Positions 1-9,573 of a stretch of 64,000 bases of DNA are shown piece by piece. Within the stretch, counting starts at the first letter, position 1; each line of letters starts with the position of its first letter. The position numbers and the translations under genes are program-made. This stretch comes from an uncultured Planctomycetaceae bacterium (lineage in GTDB: Bacteria; Planctomycetota; Planctomycetia; Planctomycetales; Planctomycetaceae): assembly GCA_963813715.1 (NCBI GenBank), contig CAWFAK010000016.1:1-64000 (forward strand), read 5' to 3'. The notes beneath the pieces are model-generated. The model did not search any database. It saw only the letters and a program-made list of their open reading frames with translations, and was not told the DNA's origin.

Positions 1-184
1 GCGGACCGATCGTCGGCGTCGGCAATCGTTTCATTGCGCGTACAATCAGGTCAAGGCAGAGAATTCAACCGCTTGGGCATTCGCGGGCCGCTCGCGACTG
101 CTCCCGCTCGTTGCCGTGGCGTCTCTCGCATTTCGGGATTCCAAGGGGCAGCGGTCCAGTTTGAGTTCATGCGAAAGGAAAAAA

Positions 185-608
185 ATGGCGCACCGATACG
201 TCGTCATGGCGTCAGCTTGGCTCGAAATCATCGTGGGTGCCACTTTCATTACGGCACCCGATGTTCTCTGCGTCTTGCTGTTCGACGCGAAGCCCGACGG
301 CATAGCCATGCCGCTTGCGCGCTGGCTCGGGGTCGGCCTATTGGGTCTAGGGATCGCCTCTCTGCCTTCGAAGGATTGGGAATCGCGCCGCAATGCGGTG
401 GGCGGGCTTTTTGTTTTTAATGCAGGGGTGACGATCCTGGTCGCTTGGGTGGGCGGTCACGGCTGCCCACGGCTATCTGCTGTGGCCTGTCGCCATCCTG
501 CATGCCGCTATCGTGGTCGCGTTGCTGCCGGCACTTCTCGCAAGCAAAGGTTCGTTGAATGCCGCCTCATCATTGCAAGATGCCGCTCGCAGGAATGAGC
601 TTAAGTGA
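185..608 (+). CDS. Small multi-pass membrane protein, apparent frameshift near 455
   Basis: ATG at 185 in ORF 116..598 gives hydrophobic helices (MAHRYVVMASAWLEIIVG...). A further hydrophobic helix (VTAAHGYLLWPVAILHAAIVVALL) continues in another frame to TGA at 606-608. Confidence 0.5.
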
Positions 609-673
609 GAAGGGGTCAACGTTGCAAAATCACATCGGCAAGTGTCAGCGAGTGTCAACAGAGGCGCCAACTG

Positions 674-2167
674 CTACTGGGGATCGCCAAACGCGTAAAG
701 ATTGCCTTGCGTCCGCACGTAGATTCGCCCGTCGACGAGCGCCGGCGTGGCGACGATTTGCTCGCCCAGATTGTTTCTCGCCAGGACGTGGCACTGGTCG
801 CCGGCTTTGAAGACGACCAGGACGCCGTTGTAGGAGGCGGCGTAGAGGTTGCCGTTCCCGGCGACGGGGGACGCGTAGAAAAAGCCGCTGGTCCCCAGAC
901 GCTGCCGATAGAGCATTTTTCCCGTTTGGGCGTCATAACAGGAGGCGATGCCGCCGTTCGTCACGACGTAGAGGCGGCCACGGTAGTAGAGCGGCGACGG
1001 CACTTCCGGCAGCGCCCGCTGTTCCTTCCAAACGATGTGTTTCTTGGGAATCTCACCCTTGCCGCCTGGCCGGATCGCGAGCATCGCGCTTTCCCGCTTG
1101 GCAAACGCGTCTTGTGCTTCGCTCCATTCTTCGCGACTCAGCCGCCCGTCCCGGTTCTTGTCGATGAACGGAAACATGTCGTCCATGACGATGTTGTCGT
1201 CCGGGTTCGTGCTGCCGCGGTTGTAGAAGACCAGGTCGTTCGGCAGTTCCTTCTGTCCAAGCAATCCGTCCTTGTTGGCGTCGTACTTCTTGATGAGGTC
1301 CTCGAAGACCGGGAACTTCATGCGGTCTTCCGGGTCGCCGCCGGGAAAATGGGCAACCGCGAAGACGAGCCCGTCGCCCAGCGCCGGCGAGGGAATTCCG
1401 CCGCCAAACAAGCCGCTGACCCACCACAGCTCCGCGCCGTCTTTGAGATCGTAGGCCACGACGCCGCGGGGCTGGACAAGCAGGATCTCCGTCGTAGCGT
1501 CCTCCTTGAGGAGCAGCGGAGTTGCGTAGCCGGCTCCGAAACGGGGGCGGTCTTTTTTCCATACGGTGACGCCCGTCTGCCGCTGCACCGCCAACAACGA
1601 CGCAACCTTCCCCTGGTATGCGAGCAGCAGCAAATCGCCCGCGAGAATCGGCGAGCTGCCCGAGCCGAACGTCGTCCCGGGAAACGGCAAAGGCTTCTTC
1701 CACACTTCGACGCCGTTGTGATCGTAAGCGAGCAAGCCGTACGAACCGAAGTAGACGTAGACGCGATCGGCATCGCAGGCGGGAGTGGGCGTGGCCGGCC
1801 CGTTGGCTGGATGCAACGACGTCTCAATCTTGCCGACGGACGGGGCCGCTCGACGCCAGAGGATTTTGCCCGTCTGGCGATCGAGGCACAAAGTCTCGAG
1901 TCGTTGATTCGACTTGTCGAACGCCGTCAAAAAAATCCGCCCACCCCACACGGCTGGCGACGAATTTCCGGCGGGCAGCGGAGTCTTCCAGAGCACGTGG
2001 GACGAGGGGCCGAAATCGACCGGGTAGTTCGCTCCCGCGGGAGCGATGGCCAACCCGTCGGGTCCGCGAAACTGCGGCCAACGCAGGTCATCGACTTTAG
2101 GCTCGGCGGCCGTTGCGACTCCGAAACAACTCATCGCAACGACTAGCGATCCGAGGCATCGCCGCAT
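674..2167 (-). CDS. Secreted PQQ-like/BamB-type beta-propeller protein with inserted EF-hand pair
   Basis: Signal peptide, WPQFRGPDG start motif, repeated SSP/ATP-[VI]..G blades, and EF-hand loops DANKDGLLGQKE and DKNRDGRLSREE. The start may be as far upstream as 2209. Confidence 0.85.
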   Translation of the reverse strand: MRRCLGSLVVAMSCFGVATAAEPKVDDLRWPQFRGPDGLAIAPAGANYPVDFGPSSHVLWKTPLPAGNSSPAVWGGRIFLTAFDKSNQRLETLCLDRQTGKILWRRAAPSVGKIETSLHPANGPATPTPACDADRVYVYFGSYGLLAYDHNGVEVWKKPLPFPGTTFGSGSSPILAGDLLLLAYQGKVASLLAVQRQTGVTVWKKDRPRFGAGYATPLLLKEDATTEILLVQPRGVVAYDLKDGAELWWVSGLFGGGIPSPALGDGLVFAVAHFPGGDPEDRMKFPVFEDLIKKYDANKDGLLGQKELPNDLVFYNRGSTNPDDNIVMDDMFPFIDKNRDGRLSREEWSEAQDAFAKRESAMLAIRPGGKGEIPKKHIVWKEQRALPEVPSPLYYRGRLYVVTNGGIASCYDAQTGKMLYRQRLGTSGFFYASPVAGNGNLYAASYNGVLVVFKAGDQCHVLARNNLGEQIVATPALVDGRIYVRTQGNLYAFGDPQ

Positions 2168-2378
2168 CCGCAGGCTCCCCGACGTGGTGACAGAATAAGA
2201 CGTGCGCACAGCTTACCAGTCTAACAACGTCGGTCGGCGGGTTTCGAGCGCGAGCTCGTCGCCGGACGATGAGTAGAGCCGCATGTGGTCCCGGTTTCGG
2301 AACGTTTCGGGTTTTTCACTGATCCGTTCGCGGCGATCGGCCGTTGTGAATGGGATCACGGGCAATTAGGATCTCATC

Positions 2379-2600
2379 ATGTGCTGTAAGAACCGTCCTT
2401 TGGCCTTGTTCGGTGCCTGCCTGGCAATCGCCGCCGGGACTGCCTCCGCTTTGAGCAGTTCCCACTCCCGCGATGCGGACGAGGCGATACCGCAAGTGGC
2501 GCCCCAATCCGACGAGCACCAAGCCGAGCTCAAGCACTCCCCGGCACCGTTGGACACGCCGGCCAACAAGCTCGGCGGCAACCAGAAGCCGGCGCGCTGA
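2379..2600 (+). CDS. Small hypothetical secreted protein
   Basis: 73-aa ORF with a signal-peptide-like N-terminus (LALFGACLAIAAGTASA). It fills the intergenic gap. Confidence 0.45.
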   Translation: MCCKNRPLALFGACLAIAAGTASALSSSHSRDADEAIPQVAPQSDEHQAELKHSPAPLDTPANKLGGNQKPAR

Positions 2601-2688
2601 GTGCCGTCCGACAGCCAGCGGACCGTCGCCGACGTCTTGCACCAAGTCGCGCGTCGGTCGCGCATGCGCGGCCTCGCCGGAACTCGGG

Positions 2689-5403
2689 CTACCGCAACGT
2701 GGGGTCGATGCCGTTGCTGCAGAACGGGCAATGCACGTAACCGGTGCCATGACAGACGGGGCACATGCGGTGGACCGATTGGGTCGTCGAGTTTGTGATT
2801 ACCACGGGACGGTTGTTGGAGCCGACGTTGATCTTGTCGTGCACCACCACTTCGTCGTGGATTTTGCCGTGCAGGCACCCCGGGTTCCGGCAGCGGATAC
2901 GGCCGCGGCCGTTGCAGGCCGTGCACACATGATCGTCGTAAATGTCCGCTTCCCCGCTTCGCAATCCGTGGCCGTGTGCACGCCCGCGCGTGTCGTCTTT
3001 GGCGTTCATCGCCAGGGCGACCTTGCGATAGCCGGTGACGATTAACACAACCGACGGACTGATCTTGGCGTCGACGTCGGACCACTTGAGCGATGGACCG
3101 TCGAGCGGCGCGTGGGCGAAGTTCGGCAGTGCGGTGCGGAGGAAGGCCGTGGCGTTCAGCGAGGGAACGCCGCCGGCGTATTTGGCGTTCGAAGGATCAT
3201 CGCCCGGACGATAGCCGGTCGAATGGACAGCCACGACGTTTGCGTGCTCGTCGAGTACGGCTCCACCGCTGGCGCCGTGGCTCGAGGCCGCGTCGTACCA
3301 GAGCTTGCGGGAGAAGTCCAACCAGCGCGGGCCGCCGATTCGGCCCACGTCGCCCGGCAGAGCCGTCACGACGCCGCGCGTCGTCTTCAGGCCGAGCCCG
3401 AACCAGCTGCCGCCCGGAAAGCCCATCAGGAGGATCTCAGTGCCTCGCGGCGGCACCTTGTCGGCCAGCGTGATCGAGGGTGCGTTGAGCTGATCGCACC
3501 GCAGCAGGCAGAGGTCGTCGTCCTCGCCGACGGCCACGCACGTCGCAGCAAGGCGTCGCTGATGACTGTTGTCGGTCGGGTCAATGAGTTCGATTTTGTC
3601 GGCCCGGCCGAGCGTCAAATCGTCGACCACGTGCCGGCAGGTGAGGACGTAATGCGGCTCGACGACAAAGCCCGTCCCCTGGGCGACAAGGTTTTCCGCC
3701 TCCGACTGCGGCGCCTGCACGCGCGACAGGCCTTCGCGCTCCTCCTTGGGCGAGACGAGAGGCATGTACCGCCAGCCGACTTTCAATTCGGAGCGGGTGC
3801 CGTCTTTCGTCGTGATGACTTTGGAGTAGAGCCTGGTCGCTTCGGAGAGAACTGATTTGTTGGGGCGGATGCGGCCGAGCTTCGCCTCGCTGACGATTCG
3901 TCCCAGGTTCTGCGTCACTTCCTCGGACGTCGGCGAGCGATCGGCCGCTTCCCGCAGATGATGTAGAGCATCAGCATACTTGTCCTGCCGGATCTCGGCG
4001 ATGGCCAGGTTGTTCAGCGCGGGGACATAGCCGGGAATTCGCCGCAGGACGATTTGGAAATGCTGGGCAGCCGTTTTCGGGCTGCGGATGCTCGGTGGCG
4101 TGATCGAGTTGAGAATGCCGAGCGTGAAGTCGGCGGCGATTGAGTTCGGGTCGACGCGGCTCGCCCTTTCGAGCGTCTTCCGGGCTTCCTCAAAGTTCAG
4201 CAGCCGAGTCATCTCATACGCCTGCGAAAACAGCTGGGCGGCTTCTTCGTGGGCCTTGGCGGCCTCGGCCGCCGCGACCCATTTGTCTCCGAGCCGGACC
4301 AGATCCTGCCTGGCTCGATCCTCCCAGGTCGCCAGGTTGGCTTTGAACGAATCCTCTTGCGTGGCTGGGAGCGTGCGCGTGGCACGGAAATGGTTGTAAA
4401 GGGCCAGTGCTTCCTTAGCCGTCGCCGAATGACGGGCAGTCACCTCGAGGGCCCGCACATCGGCATCCTTGGCCGGTGCCTTGGGCACGACGATCACCGC
4501 TGGTTTTGCGGATGCGTTTGCGACCAGTGTGCCGTTCGTGCCAGGTTTGGCACTGGGTGCTGCGCTGGCGACCGACGGTGCCGTCGCGCTAGGCTGAGTC
4601 GCGGGGATGGGCGGCGATTTGGCGGTCGGCGACACATTGGCCACGCGCGGCGCGGGCTTGTCTAAAATGCCGGGCTTCCGCGGTTTCGGCGACTGCCTGT
4701 CTGGCGCGCGAGTGTCCCGCTCGAGCGGAGAGGCCGCGGATTCGAGATTCGATTTGGCGACGAGAGCCGGATGTCGATCGCCCGCAGGCGAGGCGACGTT
4801 GCTGTTGCTCGCGGGGAGTGTCGCTTGGTTGGGCTTGGCGGATGGACGCGGTTGGGAAGGCAGTGCCGCCGGCGCTGTTGTGGGCGGACTTTTTGCGGGG
4901 TCCGATTCGTCGCCGGCCAGTGTCTGGCTTGCAGGAGGCTTGATTGCGCTCTGCGTCGCGGCGGGTGCGTTGGGCAGCGTCGTGTTGGGCTGCGCTTTGT
5001 CCACAAGAGTGACAGAAGCGGTCTGACCGGCCGTGGCCTCATCTTGGTGTGCGGCCACCACAGCCGGGACTTGCTGACGTCGGCCCAGCTCGAACGCCCC
5101 CAACAGCACACCTGCCAGCACCACGACACCGGCGGTGGCGGCCAACGCGAGCGGGAGACGCGAAGTCTTTTCAATGACAACGTTGATTTCGTCTGACGCG
5201 GGTGCACTTCGCTTCCGACGTGCGGGCGTCGCGGGGACCGACTCGGCCAGCGCGCGCTCAGCCGGAGTCCATGGCCCCGAAAGCCCCCTCCGCAGGGGCG
5301 TGTCGGGCTTAATTCGCCCGGCCGCCAAAGCACCGCGCACCTGGCTCTCGGACAGGGGTCCCTGAGCCTTGTTGCTCTTATAGATATACCAGTCGTCGCT
5401 CAT
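2689..5403 (-). CDS. Membrane-anchored trypsin-like serine protease with GYF_2-like N-domain, TPR repeats and C-terminal Cys-rich zinc-finger-like domain
   Basis: WYIYKSNKAQGPLS (GYF_2-like), one TM helix, Pro/Ala linker, TPRs (ALNNLAIAEIRQDKYADA), triad motifs VLTCRHVV / DDLCLL / HGASGGAV, and CTACNGRG...CPVCHGTG..CPFC. Confidence 0.8.
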   Translation of the reverse strand: MSDDWYIYKSNKAQGPLSESQVRGALAAGRIKPDTPLRRGLSGPWTPAERALAESVPATPARRKRSAPASDEINVVIEKTSRLPLALAATAGVVVLAGVLLGAFELGRRQQVPAVVAAHQDEATAGQTASVTLVDKAQPNTTLPNAPAATQSAIKPPASQTLAGDESDPAKSPPTTAPAALPSQPRPSAKPNQATLPASNSNVASPAGDRHPALVAKSNLESAASPLERDTRAPDRQSPKPRKPGILDKPAPRVANVSPTAKSPPIPATQPSATAPSVASAAPSAKPGTNGTLVANASAKPAVIVVPKAPAKDADVRALEVTARHSATAKEALALYNHFRATRTLPATQEDSFKANLATWEDRARQDLVRLGDKWVAAAEAAKAHEEAAQLFSQAYEMTRLLNFEEARKTLERASRVDPNSIAADFTLGILNSITPPSIRSPKTAAQHFQIVLRRIPGYVPALNNLAIAEIRQDKYADALHHLREAADRSPTSEEVTQNLGRIVSEAKLGRIRPNKSVLSEATRLYSKVITTKDGTRSELKVGWRYMPLVSPKEEREGLSRVQAPQSEAENLVAQGTGFVVEPHYVLTCRHVVDDLTLGRADKIELIDPTDNSHQRRLAATCVAVGEDDDLCLLRCDQLNAPSITLADKVPPRGTEILLMGFPGGSWFGLGLKTTRGVVTALPGDVGRIGGPRWLDFSRKLWYDAASSHGASGGAVLDEHANVVAVHSTGYRPGDDPSNAKYAGGVPSLNATAFLRTALPNFAHAPLDGPSLKWSDVDAKISPSVVLIVTGYRKVALAMNAKDDTRGRAHGHGLRSGEADIYDDHVCTACNGRGRIRCRNPGCLHGKIHDEVVVHDKINVGSNNRPVVITNSTTQSVHRMCPVCHGTGYVHCPFCSNGIDPTLR

Positions 5404-5618
5404 CGTTGGCCCTTTTTCGCGATGCGACGTAACCGTCGACGTGTGTCAGTCTGACGACTGCCCGGACGGTCCGCTACTAGCAAAAATACTTAATACCGGT
5501 ACCGCGCACGGACTGCCAGCGCGAACCGGGAATCGGGGCCATTCAGGTGACCCACGCAGGCGCGCCACGTGTGGAGAAATCTACTTCCGAGCCGGAACCG
5601 GCAATTTGGCCGATTGGC

Positions 5619-6629
5619 TTAAGCGCGTTTGCCCAGCAGCCAGCGGCGGGCATGGTGTCGCAAAACGGCGGACGAGGCGATGGCCATCTTCTTCCAGTGG
5701 CCCAGCGCGACTCGGTGGCTGAAGACGTCGTAGTCGCGGGCCTCGATGGCGTCGAGCAGGGCCGCGTAGGTCCGAATCATCGCGTCGAGGATGGGCCGCC
5801 CCGGCGGATGGCAGAGCGGAATCAAGCAACGGGCTCTGTCGAAATCGGCGCGGGCCCGCGCGGCCTCGAAAGCCATCAGCTCGCGGAACCGCGGCTCCAT
5901 GTGGTTGGTTTGCAGGTCCGACTCGCTCAAGCCGAAGCGACGCAGATCCTCGCGCGGCAAATAGCAGCGGCCCATCCGCGCGTCTTCGGCCACGTCCCGC
6001 AGGATATTCGTCAGCTGAAACGCACGACCGCAATCGATGGCCAGCGGCGGCGCCTCGCTCGAATCGAATCCCCAAATGTGCAGGCAACACAGACCGACCG
6101 CGCCGGCAACGTGGTAACAATAATCGGATAGGTCGGCGAACGTCTCGAAACCCGCAGCATCGAGGTCTATCTGGACGCCGTCGATCACCGCGAACAGCGT
6201 TTCGCGAGGAATGCGATGGCGGGCGACGACGTCGGCGAGAGCCGGCAACGCGGGATGACGAAACTCGGCACCGTCGAGCGCCTGATCGACGTCGACCCGC
6301 CACTGCGCCAGCGACGCGCTGCGTTCGGCCAGCGAGAGGCGGTCATCATCCCCCAGATCGTCCGAGACCCGCATGAACGCGTACAGAGCGCACATATCGC
6401 GAAACAGGGGCCTTGGAAGTGCCAGCAGCGAGTAATAGAAGTTGCTGCGGCTGGCCTGCGTCCGCTCGCGGGCCCAGCGGTACGACGTCCGTAGAATGCT
6501 GGCAAAAGGCTCGCGGATCACCTGCGGCGTCCACGTCCCCACGTCGGGGAGCGACGCTGCGGGCGACCTTGGCGGCGTGACGAGCGAGGCCGGGCGCCTC
6601 TCCGACGTTTCAAAGATGATGCCCAACAT
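5619..6629 (-). CDS. hpnD: Presqualene diphosphate synthase HpnD (squalene/phytoene synthase family)
   Basis: SNFYYS, RVSDDLGD, YCYHVAGAVG and FQLTNILRDVAED motifs. It lies directly downstream of hpnC. Confidence 0.85.
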   Translation of the reverse strand: MLGIIFETSERRPASLVTPPRSPAASLPDVGTWTPQVIREPFASILRTSYRWARERTQASRSNFYYSLLALPRPLFRDMCALYAFMRVSDDLGDDDRLSLAERSASLAQWRVDVDQALDGAEFRHPALPALADVVARHRIPRETLFAVIDGVQIDLDAAGFETFADLSDYCYHVAGAVGLCCLHIWGFDSSEAPPLAIDCGRAFQLTNILRDVAEDARMGRCYLPREDLRRFGLSESDLQTNHMEPRFRELMAFEAARARADFDRARCLIPLCHPPGRPILDAMIRTYAALLDAIEARDYDVFSHRVALGHWKKMAIASSAVLRHHARRWLLGKRA

Positions 6630-6637
6630 GAACGGGG

Positions 6638-7666
6638 TTACTCCATCGTCCGTGACGGTAAGGGCCTTCCTGCCGAGTCCGTTGTGCCGGGCCGTTCGTC
6701 GTGCCCCATGACTGATGACGGGGAACTCGTGCGGCGGCGACCGATGAGCCTCCAGGCCGTTCGTCCGAGCGTTCCTGCGAACAGTCGAGCGAACTCACCC
6801 TTGGAGATGATCGGCCGCCTCTCCCACACACGATATCCGATTTGTTCGAGATGGTCCAAGATCGACAGCCCGCCGCGGGCAAAAAGCTCGATATCGATCT
6901 GCAGTCGACCCGGTAGTATTTGCACCAACGGCAGCCCGCCGAGAAGGTAATAGCGAGCCCGCGCGACCTCGAACTGCATGACGGCAAGAAACGCGTCGTT
7001 CGTGCGGCGGTGGCACAGATCGTCGTCCGTATAGCCGAACCGCGCACGAGTTTGTCGCGGCAAGTAGACGCGGCCGATGTCGTAATCGCGGGCCACGTCC
7101 TGCCAGAAGTTCGCCAGCTGCAGCCCCGTGCAGATCGAGTCGGAGAGGCGCGCATTCGACTCGTTGAAGCATTCGCAGAGGTGAAGCACGATGCGGCCGA
7201 CCGGATCGGCGCTGCGGCGGCAATAGTCGGCAAGCTGGGCGAACGTCTCGTACTCGCGGACGTGCTGGTCCTGCTCGAAGGCCGAGATCAAATCGGCGAA
7301 CGGCTCCCGCGGAATTGCAAATCGCTCGATGGTGGTCCGCAGGGCGACGAACACCGGATGAACGGCCGACCCGCCATAGCAGGCGTCGAGCTGGTCGCGC
7401 CACCAGGCGAGCAACTGAGACGAGCGCTCGCGGTCGCCCACTTCGTCGCCCAGATCGTCGGCCCAGCGACAATAGGCGTACACATTAAAGAAGTGCTGAT
7501 GCAGACGATGGGGCAGCATCCAGGAGGCCAGGGGAAAGTTTTCGTAGTGCCGCCGAGCGAGGTTGCGGCAATACGCCTCGGCTGCAGCGAGCGTCGGGGG
7601 CGGACCGGTGCGCTGGGGTCCCCAGGCCTCGAGGTCGGCGGCAAATTGCTGATCGCCTGACGGCAT
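6638..7666 (-). CDS. hpnC: Hydroxysqualene synthase HpnC
   Basis: HYENFPLAS, RWADDLGDE, YCRRSADPVGR and LQLANFWQDVARD motifs typical of HpnC. Confidence 0.9.
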   Translation of the reverse strand: MPSGDQQFAADLEAWGPQRTGPPPTLAAAEAYCRNLARRHYENFPLASWMLPHRLHQHFFNVYAYCRWADDLGDEVGDRERSSQLLAWWRDQLDACYGGSAVHPVFVALRTTIERFAIPREPFADLISAFEQDQHVREYETFAQLADYCRRSADPVGRIVLHLCECFNESNARLSDSICTGLQLANFWQDVARDYDIGRVYLPRQTRARFGYTDDDLCHRRTNDAFLAVMQFEVARARYYLLGGLPLVQILPGRLQIDIELFARGGLSILDHLEQIGYRVWERRPIISKGEFARLFAGTLGRTAWRLIGRRRTSSPSSVMGHDERPGTTDSAGRPLPSRTME

Positions 7667-8199
7667 GTTCAGTATCGGAAGCGGAACGCGGCAATTTCAC
7701 CGATCGCGCAACGTGCGAAACGATCTAAACGGGCCTGGCGGCCGCACTTGGTGTTAAGAAAAACCGATTTCGCCGTCAATCCGCAGGGAGGTCATTTTGG
7801 GGGCACCGCGACCGGTGCTGCGACGACTCCGGGCTGTATTTGTTCACCATTCACGGCTATAATCGGCTGCTTGGTCGGGTTCCCGGCCAGTCGGAGGTTT
7901 CCAGAGGATTCGGTTTGCGTCCCTCGAGAATCGACGTCCGGTCTCGCGCTTTGAGTCATCCCGTCTCACAGGTTAACAGACCGTCAGTTGGTTAATTGCG
8001 AAGAGTCGAGGCACGTTCCTCGGCGAGCGGTGGTCGCGTCTCTGCTCGTCCCGGTTCGTGGTCAAAGGACATGTGTGCCGACGCATTTTTTGCGCCAGCA
8101 CGTCCGATCTGAATTCTCTGCAGCTTCCATCCTTCGTTTTTTGGACAATCAAAGTTGGTTTTTTGAAGAAGAGCCCTCCGGGGCTCGCAAGGGATGACA

Positions 8200-8520
8200 A
8201 TGGGTAAGAATCTGTACGTCGGAAATCTGTCTTTCAAGGCGACTGCCGATGACCTGCGCGAGCTGTTCAGCCAGCACGGCTCGGTGACCTCGGCACAAGT
8301 CATTATGGATCGCGAGACCGGAAAACCGCGTGGTTTCGGGTTTGTCGAAATGGCTGACGGAGCTCAATCCGCAATTGACGCACTCAATGGCCAGGACTTT
8401 CAGGGGCGACCGCTGACCGTCAACGAGGCTCGTCCTCGCGAAGATCGCCGTGGTGGCGGCGGTGGTGGTGGCGGCGGGTCCCGGGGCGGACGAGGAGGCG
8501 GATACGGCAACCGCTATTAA
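8200..8520 (+). CDS. RRM (RNP-1) RNA-binding protein with Gly/Arg-rich tail
   Basis: RNP2 LYVGNL, RNP1 [18 protein letters not shown], and a GGC/GGT-encoded Gly tail. Confidence 0.95.
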   Translation: MGKNLYVGNLSFKATADDLRELFSQHGSVTSAQVIMDRETGKPRGFGFVEMADGAQSAIDALNGQDFQGRPLTVNEARPREDRRGGGGGGGGGSRGGRGGGYGNRY

Positions 8521-8574
8521 GCTTCTCTCGTTGCTGAAGCCGGTGCTTGCCGCCGGCTGATGCTTGTTCTCAAC

Positions 8575-8608
8575 ACCCTGACCGACGCGACCGGTCAGGG
8601 TTTTTTTT
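8575..8608 (+). terminator. Intrinsic terminator after the RRM gene
   Basis: Stem ACCCTGACCG / CGGTCAGGGT followed by a T-run. Confidence 0.85.
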
Positions 8609-8629
8609 CGAGTGGACATCATCGCTTCC

Positions 8630-9388
8630 ATGCCGCGCGTTCTCGTCACGCTTTGCACCTACAACGAGCGGGACAATCTCGCCGCGCTCGTCCCCGAAAT
8701 TCGCCGCACGCTCCCCGACGCGGATGTCCTCGTCATTGATGACGGTTCTCCCGATGGCACCGGGGCGCTCGCTGACGAGTTTGCCGCGGCCGACGCGCAC
8801 GTCCGCGTGCTGCATCGGGCCGGCAAGCTCGGGCTGGGCTCGGCCACGCTGGCGGGACTGCGGCAAGCGATCGTGGACGGCTACGAATTCGTCATCAATA
8901 TGGATGCCGACTTCAGCCACGATCCCGAATACCTCCCCGCCCTGCTCGCCTGCATGGAGCGGGCCGACGTCGGCATCGGATCGCGTTACGTTCCGGGCGG
9001 CGCCGTCGAAGGTTGGGGACCGCTCAGGCACTTCATGAGCCGGGGGATCAACTGGTACGCGCGACTCTTGTTGGGCCTCACGACGCGCGACAACAGCGGA
9101 GCCTACCGCTGCTACCGCTGCGCGAAGCTCAAAGAGATCGATCTCAATCGGGTGCGCTCCCGCGGCTACTCCTTCCAGGAAGAGATCCTGTTTCACTGCC
9201 GGCGGGCCAACTGCCGCTTCGAGGAGACGCCGATCGTCTTTCGCGACCGGCGCTACGGCACGTCGAAGATCAACTGGCGCGAGTCTGTGACTGCGCTGTG
9301 GATCATTCTGCAGCTCGGAACGGGGAGCGGCGGGACCTCGGTGGTGAAGAATTCGCCGAGAGAGGCGAACTCGAGCGGCGAAGATTAG
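8630..9388 (+). CDS. Polyprenol monophosphomannose synthase-like GT2 (DPM1/Ppm1 family)
   Basis: TYNERDN, IDDGSPDGTG, KLGLGSA, MDADFSHDP, IGSRYVPGG and GYSFQEE motifs. Confidence 0.9.
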   Translation: MPRVLVTLCTYNERDNLAALVPEIRRTLPDADVLVIDDGSPDGTGALADEFAAADAHVRVLHRAGKLGLGSATLAGLRQAIVDGYEFVINMDADFSHDPEYLPALLACMERADVGIGSRYVPGGAVEGWGPLRHFMSRGINWYARLLLGLTTRDNSGAYRCYRCAKLKEIDLNRVRSRGYSFQEEILFHCRRANCRFEETPIVFRDRRYGTSKINWRESVTALWIILQLGTGSGGTSVVKNSPREANSSGED

Positions 9389-9398
9389 CGCTCGGAAA

Positions 9399-9469
9399 AG
9401 CGCCCGACGGGAATCGAACCCGCACTCGCAGCTTGGGAAGCTGCCGTGATACCATTTCACCACGGGCGC
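9399..9469 (-). tRNA. tRNA-Gly(CCC)
   Basis: Reverse complement GCGCCCGTGGTGAAATGGTATCACGGCAGCTTCCCAAGCTGCGAGTGCGGGTTCGATTCCCGTCGGGCGCT folds as a cloverleaf with anticodon CCC. CCA is not encoded. Confidence 0.95.
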
Positions 9470-9517
9470 ACAACGACCCGCGACGTCTCTTCAGGAATCG
9501 TCGCGGGCGCGCCGTTC

Positions 9518-9546
9518 AATCTATCGGTCGCCCGAGGGGTGGTCAA
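9518..9546 (-). promoter_or_regulatory. Sigma70-like promoter for tRNA-Gly
   Basis: TTGACC-17 nt-TAGATT on the minus strand, about 50 nt upstream of the tRNA. Confidence 0.6.
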
Positions 9547-9573
9547 GCAGCGCATCGCACCCGCGATTGCCCA

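Noticed and set aside
605..2146. Long antisense ORFs (605..2146 +, 42410..44347 -, 60989..62716 -, 30034..31176 + and others)
   Set aside because: They are shadows of well-supported genes on the opposite strand, expected at high GC, and carry no recognisable motifs.
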